Assembly (NCBI GenBank): GCA_964016885.1
Contig: OZ024753.1
Coordinates: 23,126,001 to 23,190,000 of the forward strand
DNA length: 64,000 nucleotides
Origin: Eledone cirrhosa
Taxonomy: Eukaryota
Reading direction: 5' to 3'
Positions 53,701-64,000 of this stretch are shown here, one piece after another. The notes under the pieces are model-generated. The model was not told the origin of the DNA, made no database searches, and saw only the letters and a program-made list of their open reading frames with translations. The position numbers and the translations under genes are program-made. Positions within the stretch are counted from its first letter, which is position 1. Every line of letters starts with the position of its first letter.

Positions 53701-56700
53701 GTTGGTGTAACCAGGCTGCCTTGGTCATGTTGGTGCAACAAGACTGCCTGTGTCATGTTGGTTCAACCGGAGTGCCTGTGTCATGTTGGTCCAACCAGGC
53801 TGCCTGTGTCATGTTGGTACAACCAAACTGCTTGTGTCATGTTGGTGAAACCAGGCAGCCTGTGTCATGTTCGTACAACCAGGCTGCCTGTGACATGTTC
53901 GTGCAACCAGACTGCCTGTGTCATGTTCGTGCAACCAGACTGCATGTGTCAGGTTAGTGTAACCAGGCTGCTTGTGTCTTGTTCGTACAACAAGGCTGCC
54001 TGTGTCATGTTGGTGCAACCAGGCTGCCTGTGTCATGTTTGTGCACCTAGACAGCCTGTGTCATGTTGGTGCAACCAGACTGCCTGTGAAATATTGGTGC
54101 AACTAGGCTGCCTGTGTCATGTTCGTACAACCAGGCTGCCTATGTCATGTTGGTGCAACCAGACTGTCTATGTCATGTTGGTGCAATCAGGCTGCCTGTG
54201 TCATGCTGGTACAAACAGGCTGTCTGTGTCATGTTGGTACAACCAGGCTGACTGTGTCATGTTGGTATAAACTGGCTGTCTGTGTCATGTTGGTATAAAC
54301 TGGCTGTCTGTGTCATGTTCGTACAACCAGGCTGCCTGTGTCATGTTCGTTCAACCAGGCAGCCTGTGTCATGTTGGTGCAACTAGACTGTCTGTTTCAT
54401 GTACGTACAACCAGACTGCCTGTGACATGTTGGTGCAACCAGACTGTCTATGTCATGATGGTGAAATCAGGCTGCCTGTGTCATGTTGGTACAACCAGGC
54501 TGCCTGCGTCATGTTGGTGCAACCAGGCAGCCTGTGTCATGTTCGTACAAACAGGCTGCCTGTGTCATGTTGCTGTAACCAGGTTACCTGTGTCTTGTTC
54601 GTACAAGCAGTCTGCCTGTGTCATGTTGGTGCAACCAGGCTGCCTGTATCATGTGTGTGCAACCAGACTGCCTGTGTCATGTTGATGCAACGAGGCTCCC
54701 TTTGCATGTTGGTGCAACCAGACTGCCTGTGTCATGTTGGTACAACCAGACTGCCTGTGTCATGTTCGTGCAACCAGGCTGCATGTGTCATGTTGGTGCA
54801 ACCAGACTGTCTGTGTCATGTTGGTTCAACCGGAGTGCCTGTGTCATGTTGGTACAACCAAACTGCTTGTGTCATGTTGGTGAAACCAGGCAGCCTGTGT
54901 CATGTTCGTACAACCAGGCTGCCTGTGACATGTTCGTGTAACCAGACTGCCTGTGTCATGTTTGTGCAACCAGACTGCATGTGTCAGGTTAGTGTAACCA
55001 GGCTGCTTGTGTCTTGTTCGTACAACAAGGCTGCCTGTGACATGTTGGTGCAACCAGGCTGCCTGTGTCATGCTTGTGCAACCAGACTGCCTGTGTCATG
55101 TTGGTGCAACCAGACTGCCTGCGAAATATTGGTGCAACCAGACTGCCTGTGTCATGTTCGTGCAACCAGACTGCATGTGTCAGGTTAGTGTAACCAGGCT
55201 GCCTGTGTCTTGTTCGTACAACAAGGCTGCCTGTGTCATGTTGGTGCAACCAGGCTGCCTGTGTCATGTTTGTGCAACCAGACTGCCTGTGTCATGTTGG
55301 TGCAACCAGACTGCCTGCGAAATATTGGTGCAACCAGACTGCCTGTGTCATGTTCGTGCAACCAGACTGCATGTGTCAGGTTAGTGTAACCAGGCTGCTT
55401 GTGTCTTGTTCGTACAACAAGGCTGCCTGTGTCATGTTGGTGCAACCAGGCTGCCTGTGTCATGTTTGTGCACCTAGACAGCCTGTGTCATGTTGGTGCA
55501 ACCAGACTGCCTGTGAAATATTGGTGCAACTAGGCTGCCTGTGTCATGTTCGTACAACCAGGCTGCCTATGTCATGTTGGTGCAACCAGACTGTCTATGT
55601 CATGTTGGTGCAATCAGGCTGCCTGTGTCATGCTGGTACAAACAGGCTGTCTGTGTCATGTTGGTACAACCAGGCTGACTGTGTCATGTTGGTATAAACT
55701 GGCTGTCTGTGTCATGTTGGTATAAACTGGCTGTCTGTGTCATGTTGGTACAACCAGGCTGCCTGTGTCATGTTGGTACAACCAGGCTGCCTGTGTCATG
55801 TTCGTACAACCAGACTGCCTGTGTCATGTTCGTTCAACCAGGCAGCCTGTCATGTTGGTGCAACTAGACTGTCTGTTTCATGTACGTACAACCAGACTGC
55901 CTGTGACATGTTGGTGCAACCAGACTGTCTATGTCATGATGGTGAAATCAGGCTGCCTGTGTCATGTTGGTACAACCAGGCTGCCTGCGTCATGTTGGTG
56001 CAACCAGGCAGCCTGTGTCATGTTCGTACAAACAGGCTGCCTGTGTCATGTTGCTGTAACCAGGTTACCTGTGTCTTGTTCGTACAAGCAGTCTGCCTGT
56101 GTCATGTTGGTGCAACCAGGCTGCCTGTATCATGTGTGTGCAACCAGACTGCCTGTGTCATGTTGATGCAACGAGGCTCCCTTTGCATGTTGGTGCAACC
56201 AGACTGCCTGTGTCATGTTGGTACAACCAGACTGCCTGTGTCATGTTCGTGCAACCAGACTAGCCGTGTCATGTTGGTGTAACCAGGCTGCCTTGGTCAT
56301 GTTGGTGCAACAAGACTGCCTGTGTCATGTTTGTGCAACCAGGCTGCATGTGTCATGTTGGTGCAACCAGACTGTCTGTGTCATGTTGGTTCAACCGGAG
56401 TGCCTGTGTCATGTTGGTACAACCAAACTGCCTGTGTCATGTGGGTGAAACCAGGCAGCCTGTGTCATGTTCGTACAACCAGGCTGCCTGTGACATGTTC
56501 GTGTAACCAGACTGCCTGTGTCATGTTCGTGCAACCAGACTGCATGTGTCAGGTTAGTGTAACCAGGCTGCTTGTGTCTTGTTCGTACAACAAGGCTGCC
56601 TGTGTCATGTTGGTGCAATCACGCTGCCTGTGTCATGTTTGTGCAACCAGACAGCCTGTGTCATGTTGGTGCAACCAGACTGCCTGTGAAATATTGGTGC

Positions 56701-59700
56701 AACCAGGCTGCCTGTGTCATGTTCGTACAACCAGGCTGCCTATGTCATGTTGGTGCAACCAGACTGTCTATGTCATGTTGGTGCAATCAGGCTGTCTGTG
56801 TCATGTTGGTACAACCAGTCTGACTGTGTCATGTTGGTATAAACTGGCTGTCTGTGTCATGTTGGTATAAACTGGCTGTCTGTGTCATGTTGGTACAACC
56901 AGGCTGCCTGTGTCATGTTGGTACAACCAGGCTGCCTGTGTCATGTTCGTACAACCAGACTGCCTGTGTCATGTTCGTTCAACCAGGCAGCCTGTGTCAT
57001 GTTGGTGTAACTAGACTGTCTGTTTCATGTTCGTACAACCAGACTGCCTGTGACATGTTGGTGCAACCAGACTGTCTATGTCATGATGGTGAAATAAGGC
57101 TGCCTGTGTCATGTTGGTACAACCAGGCTGCCTGCATCATGTTGGTACAACCAGGCTGACTGTCTTGTTTGTACAACCAGACTGCCTGTGTCATGTTGGT
57201 AAAACCAGGCTGCCTGTGTCATGGTCGTACAACCAGGCTGCCTGTGTCATGTTGGCGCAACCAGACTGCCTATGTCATGTTGGTGTAACCAGGCTGCCTA
57301 TGTATTTTACCTACAACCAGACTGCATGTGTCATGTTTATGCAACCAGGCTGCCTGTGTCATGTTGGTGTAACCAGGCTGCCTGTGTAATGTTCGTACAA
57401 CCAGACTGCCGGTGTCATGTTGGTACAACCCGGCTGCCTGTGTCATCTTGGTACAACCAGGCTGCCTGTGTAATGTTGGTGGAACCAGACTGCCTATGTC
57501 ATGTGAGTCCAACCAGGCTCCCTGTGTCATGTTGGTGCAACCTGGCTGCCTGTGTCATGTTCGTACAACCAGGCTGCCTGTATCATGTTGGTGCAACCAG
57601 ACTGCCTATGTCATGTTGGTGTAACCAGGATGTCTATGTGTTTTTCGTACAACCAGGCTGCCTGTGTCATGTTGGTGCAACCAGACTGCTTGTCTCATGT
57701 TTGTGCAACCAGACTGCCTGTGTCATATTGGTGCAAAGAGGCTCCCTTTGTCATGTTGCTGTAACCAGGTTACCTGTGTCCTGTTCGTACAAGCAGGCTG
57801 CTTGTGTCATGTTGGTGCAACCAGGCTACCTGTATCATGTTGGTGCAACCAGACTACCTGTGTCATGTTGGTACAACCAGACTGCCTGTGTCATGTTGGT
57901 GCAACCACGCTGCCTGTGTCATATTGGTGCAACCAGACTGCCTGTGTCATGTTGGTGCAACCACGCTGCCTGTGTCATGTTGGTGCAACCAGGCTGCCTG
58001 TGTCATGTTCGTACAACCAGGCAGCCTGTGTCATGTTGGTGACACCAGACTGTCTGTGTCATGTTCGTACAACTAGACTGCCTGTGTCATGTTTGTGCAA
58101 CCAGACTGCCTGTGAAATGTTGGTGCAACCAGACTGCATGTGTCATGTTGGTACAACCAGGCTGCCTGTGTCATGTTGGTGTAACCAGATTGCCTATTTC
58201 ATATTTGTGCAATCAGGTTGCCTGTGTCATGTTGGTACAACCAGGCTGCGTGTGTCATGTTGATAAACCAGGCTGCCTGTGTCTTGTTTGTACAACCAGA
58301 CTGCCTGTGTCATATTTGTACAACCAGGCTGCCTGTGTCATGTTGGTGCAACTAGACTGTCTGTTTCATGTTCGTACAACCAGACTGCCTGTGACATGTT
58401 GGTGCAACCAGACTGTCTATGTCATGATGGTGAAATCAGGCTGCCTGTGTCATGTTGGTACAACCAGGCTGCCTGCGTCATGTTGGTACAACCAGGCTGA
58501 CTGTCTTGTTTGTACAACCAGGCTGCCTGTATCATGTTCGTACAACCAGACTGCCTGTGTCATGTTGATGCAACGAGGCTCCCTTTGCATGTTGGTGCAA
58601 CCAGACTGCCTGTTTCATGTTAATACAACCAGACTGCTTGTGTCATGTTGATGCAACGAGGCTCCCTTTGCATGTTGGTGCAACCAGACTGCCTGTTTCA
58701 TGTTAATACAACCAGACTGCTTGTGTCATGTAGGTGCAACCAGGCTGCCTGTGTCATGTTCGTACTACCAGACTGCCTGTGTCATGTTGGTGCAACCAGG
58801 CTGCCTGTGTCATATTGGTACAACCAGGCTGCCGGTCTCATGTTCGTGCAACCAGACTACCCGTGTCATGTTGGTGTAACCAGGCTGCCTTGGTCATGTT
58901 GGTGCAACAAGACTGCCTGTGTCATGTCTGTGCAACCAGGCTGCATTTGTCATGTAGGTGCAACCAGGCTGCCTGTGTCATGTTTGTGCAACCAGACTGT
59001 CTGTGTCATGTTGGTTCAACCGGAGTGCCTGTGTCATGTTGGTCCAACCAGGCTGCCTGTGTCATGTTGGTACAACCAAACTGCTTGTGTCATGTTGGTG
59101 AAACCAGGCAGCCTGTGTCATGTTCGTACAACCAGGCTGCCTGTGACATGTTCGTGCAACCAGACTGCCTGTGTCATGTTCGTGCAACCAGACTGTCTGT
59201 GTCAGGTTAGTGTAACCAGGCTGCTTGTGTCTTGTTCGTACAACAAGGCTGCCTATGTCATGTTGGTGCAACCAGGCTGCCTGTGTCATGTTTGTGCAAC
59301 CAGACAGCCTATGTCATGTTAGTGCAACCAGGCTGTCTGTGTCATGTTGGTACAACCAGGCTGACTGTGTAATGTTGGTATAAACTGGCTGTCTGTGTCA
59401 TGTTGGTATAAACTGGCTGTCTGTGTCATGTTGGTACAACCAGGCAGCCTGTGTCATGTTCGTTCAACCAGGCAGCCTGTGTCATGTTGGTGCAACTAGA
59501 CTGTCTGTTTCATGTTCGTACAACCAGACTGCCTGTGACATGTTGGTGCAACCAGACTGTCTATGTCATGATGGTGAAATCAGGCTGCCTGTGTCATGTT
59601 GGTACAACCAAGCTGCCTGCGTCATGTTGGTGCAACCAGGCTGCCTGTGTCATGTTGCTGTAACCAGGTTACCTGTGTCTTGTTCGTACAAGCAGTCTGC

Positions 59701-62700
59701 CTGTGCCATGTTGGTGCAACCAGGCTGCCTGTATCATGTTTGTGCAACCAGACTGCCTGTGTCATGTTGATGCAACGAGGCTCCCTTTGCATGTTGGTGC
59801 AAGCAGACTGCCTGTGTCATGTTGGTACAACCAGACTGCCTGTGTCATGTTGGTGCAACCAGGCTGCCTGTGTCATGTTCGTAAGACCAGACTGCCTGTG
59901 TCATGTTGGTGCAACCAGACTGCCCGTCTCATGTTCGTGCAACCAGACTAGCCGTGTCATGTTGGTGTAACCAGGCTGCCTTGGTCATGTTGGTGCAACA
60001 AGACTGCATGTGTCATGTTTGTGCAACCAGGCTGCATGTGTCATGTTGGTGCAACCAGACTGTCTGTGTCATGTTGGTTCAACCGGAGTGCCTGTGTCAT
60101 GTTGGTACAACCAAACTGCTTGTGTCATGTTGGTGAAACCAGGCAGCCTGTGTCATGTTCGTACAACCAGGCTGCCTGTGACATGTTCGTGTAACCAGAC
60201 TGCCTGTGTCATGTTCGTGCAACCAGACTGCATGTGTCAGGTTAGTGTAACCAGGCTGCTTGTGTCTTGTTCGTACAACAAGGCTGCCTGTGTCATGTTG
60301 GTGCAACCAGGCTGCCTGTGTCATGTTTGTGCAACCAGACTGCCTGTGTCATGTTGGTGCAACCAGACTGCCTGCGAAATATTGGTGCAACCAGGCTGCC
60401 TGTGTCAGTTCGTACAACCAGGCTGCCTCTGTCATGTTGGTGCAAAGAGGCTCCCTTTGCCATATTGGTGCAACCAGACTGCCTGTGTCATGTTGGTGCA
60501 ACCGGACTGCATGTGTCATGTTGGTGCAACCTGGCTGCCTGTCTCATGTTGGTGCAACCGGACTGCCTGTATCATGTTGGTGCAACCACACTGCCTGTAT
60601 CATGTTTGTGCAACCAGACTGCCTGTGTCATGTTGGTGCAACCAGAATGTCTATGTCATGATGGTGCAATCAGGCTGCCTGTTTCATGTTGGTACAACCA
60701 GGCTGCCTGCGTCATGTTGGTACAACCAGGCTGACTGTCTTGTTTGTACAACCAGGCTGCCTGTGTCATGTTGGTAAAACCATGCTGCCTGTGTCATATT
60801 CGTACGAACAGGCTGCCTGTGTAATGTTCGTGCAACCAGACTGCCTGTCTCATGTTAGTCCAACCAGGCTGCCTATGTCATGTTTGTACAACCAGGCTGC
60901 CTGTGTCTTGTTCGTACAACCAGGCAGCCTGTATCATGTTGGTGCAACCAGGCTGCCTGTATCATGGTCGTACAACCAGGCTGCCTCTGTCATGTTGGCG
61001 CAACCAGACTGCCTGTGTCATGTTGGTGCAACCAGCCTGCCTATGTCATGTTGGTGTAACCAGGCTGCCTATGTATTTTGCCTACAACCAGACTCCATGT
61101 GTCATGTTCGTACAACCAGGCTGCCTGTGTCATGTTGGTGCAACCAGGCAGCCTGTGTCATGTTCGTACAACCAGGCTGCCTGTGTCATGTTGGTACAAA
61201 CAGGCTGTCTGTGTCATGTTGGTACAACCAGGCTGCCTGTGTCATGTTCGTACAACCAAACTGCCTGTGTCATGTTCGTTCAACCAGGCAGCCTGTGTCA
61301 TGTTGGTGCAACTAGACTGTCTGTTTCATGTTCGTACAACCAGACTGCCTGTGTCATGTTGATGCAACAAGGCTCCCTTTGCATGTTGGTGCAACCAGAC
61401 TGCCTGTTTCATGTTAGTACAACATGACTGCCTGTGTCATGTTGGTGTAACCAGGCTGCCTGTGTCATGTTCGTACAACCAGACTGCCTGTGTCATGTTG
61501 GTGCAACCAGGCTGCCTGTGTCATATTGGTACAACCAGGCTGCCGGTCTCATGTTCGTTCAACCAGACTACCCGTGTCATGTTGGTGTAACCAGGCTGCC
61601 TTGGTCATGTTGGTGCAACAAGACTGCCTGTCTCATGTTTATGCAACCAGGCTGCATGTGTCATGTTGGTGCAACCAGACTGTCTGTTTCATGTTGGTTC
61701 AACCGGAGTGCCTGTGTCGTGTTGGTCCAACCAGACTGCCTGTGTCATGTTGGTACAACCAAACTGCTTGTGTCATGTTGGTTAAACCAGGCAGCCTGTG
61801 TCATGTTCGCACAACCAGGCTGCCTGTGACATGTTCGTGCAACCAGACTGCCTGTGTCATGTTCGTGCAACCAGACTGCATGTGTCAGGTTAGTGTAACC
61901 AGGCTGCTTGTGTCTTGTTCGTACAACAAGGCTGCCTGTGTCATGTTGGTGCAACCAGGCTGCCTGTGACATGTTTGTGCAACCAGACAGCCTGTGTCAT
62001 GTTGGTGCAACCAGACTGCCTGTGAAATATTGGAGCAACCAGGCTGCCTGTGTCATGTTCGTACAACCAGGCTGCCTATGTCATGTTGGTGCAACCAGAC
62101 TGTCTATGTCATGTTGGTGCAATCAGGCTGCCTGTTTCATGTTGGTACAACCAGGCTGCCTGTGTCATGTTGGTACAACCAGGCTCCCTGCGTCACGTTG
62201 GTACAACCAGGCTGACTGTCTTGTTTGTACAACCAGACTGCCTGTGTCATGTTGGTGAACCCAGGCTGCCTGTGTCATATTCGTACGAACAGCCTGCATG
62301 TGTAATGTTGGTGCAACCAAACTGCCAGGCTCATGTTAGTCGAACCAGGGTGCCTGTATCATGTTTGTACAACCAAGCTGCCTATGTCTTGTTCGTACAA
62401 CCAGGCTGCCTCTATCATGTTGGTGCAACCTGGCTGCCTGTGTCATGGTCGTACATCCAGGCTGCCTGTGACATGTTGGCGCAACCAGACTGCATGTGTC
62501 ATGTTGGTGCAACCAGACTGCCTATGTATTTTACCTACAACCAGACTGCATGTGTCATGTTTATGCAACCAGGCTGCCTGTGTCATGTTGGTGCAACCAG
62601 GCTGCCTGTGTAATGTTCGTACAACCAGACTGCCGGTGTCATGTTGATGCAACCAGACTGCCTGTGTCATGTTGGTTCAAACAGGCTGCCTGTGTCATGT

Positions 62701-64000
62701 TGGTACAACCCGGCTGCCTGTGTAATGTTGGTAGAACCAGACTGCCTGTGTCATGTGAGTCCAACCAGGCTCCCTGTGTCATGTTGGTGTAACCAGGCTG
62801 TCTATGTGTTTTTCGTACAACCAGGCTGCCTGTATCATGTTGGTGGAACCAGACTGCCTGTGTCATGTTGGTGCAAAGAGGCTCCCTTTATCATGTTGGT
62901 GCAACCAGACTGCCTATGTCATGTTGGTGCAACCAGGCTGTCTATGTGTTTTTCGTACAACCAGGCTGCCTGGGTCATGTTGGTCCAACCAGGCTGCCTG
63001 TGTTATGTTGGTGCAACGAGGCTCCCTGTGCCATGTTGTTGCTATCAGACTACCTGTGTCATGTTGGTGCAACCAGACTTCCTGTGTCATGTTGGTGCAA
63101 CGAGGCTCCCTGTGCCCTGTTGTTGCAATCAGACTACCTCTGTCATGTTGGTGCAACCAGACTTCCTGTGTCATGTTGGTGCAACGAGGCTCCCTGTGCC
63201 ATGTTGTCGCAATCAGACTACCTGTGTCATGTTGGTGCAATCTGGCTGCCTGTGTCATGTTGGTGCAACCAGACTGCCTGTGTCATGTTCGTACAACCAG
63301 GCTGCCTGTGTTATGTTGCTGTAACCAGGCTGCCCGTGACTTGTTCGTACAACCAGACTGCACGTGTTATGGTGCAACCGGACTGCCTGTATCATGCTGG
63401 TGCAACCAGACGGCCTATGTCATGTTGGTGTAACCAGCCTGTCTATGTATTTTTCGTACAACCAGACTGCATGTGTCATGTTGGTGCAACCAGGCAGCCT
63501 GTTTCATGTTAGTACAACCAGGCTGCCTGTGTCATGTTGCTGTAACCAGGTTACCTGTGTCTTGTTCGTACAAGCAGTCTGCCTGTGTCATGTTGGTGCA
63601 ACGAGGCTCCCTTTGCATGTTGGTGCAATCAGACTACCTGTGTCATGTTCGTACAACCAAACTGCCTGTGTCATGTTGGTGCAACCAGGCTGCCTGTGTC
63701 ATGTTCGTACTACCAGACTACCCGTGTCATGTTGGTATAACCAGACTGCCATGGTCATGTTGGTGCAACAAGACTGCCTGTGTCATGTTTGTGCAACCAG
63801 GCTGCATGTGTCATGTTGGTGCAACCTGGCTGCCTGTGTCATGTTGGTGCAACCAGACTGTCTGTGTCATGTTGGTTCAACCAGAGTGCCTGTGTCATGT
63901 TGGAAAAACCAGACTGCTTGTTTCATGTTGGTGAAACCAGGCAGCCTGTGTCATGTTCGTACAACCAGGCTGCCTGTGACATGGACTTGCAACCAGACTG
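50727..64000 (+). repeat. 28 bp satellite, consensus CCTGTGTCATGTTGGTGCAACCAGRCTG, roughly 460 units, runs off the window
   Basis: Seen directly; variant units recur in ordered blocks; local inversion 51547-51838. Confidence 0.97.

Noticed and set aside
50623-63934. Cys-rich ORFs (MLVQPGCLCHVGATRLPVSCWCNQ) resembling metallothionein or keratin-associated proteins
   Set aside because: A 28 bp unit without a plus-strand stop gives the same peptide in all three frames; variants introduce stops freely and no frame is preferred
50727-64000. CRISPR-like 28 bp repeat with dyad
   Set aside because: Units are contiguous with no unique spacers, no cas genes, eukaryotic context

Overview
Eukaryotic, gene-free, repeat-saturated window; the SINE type and microsatellite load suggest an octopus-like mollusc (inference). 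1-32.6 kb is a nest of retroelements embedded in long (TA)n tracts: two largely complete Penelope-like elements (PLEs) with pseudo-LTRs, several PLE fragments, a near-intact CR1-group LINE (CCCH zinc-finger ORF1, candidate -1 frameshift into ORF2) and many short ORF-less elements. By eye this region holds about 20 type I hammerhead ribozyme (HHR) motifs from about 12 sequence families, including core variants (U3-A8, U4A). Several sit in 450-630 nt tandem, terminally redundant monomers resembling retrozyme circular-RNA copies. 40-45.8 kb holds two R4/Dong-like restriction-endonuclease LINEs in (TACA)n. 47.6-49 kb is a ~34 bp minisatellite and 50.7-64 kb is a 28 bp satellite with higher-order structure and an internal fold-back. 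No host protein-coding gene is supported; all structures were read manually and boundaries are approximate.
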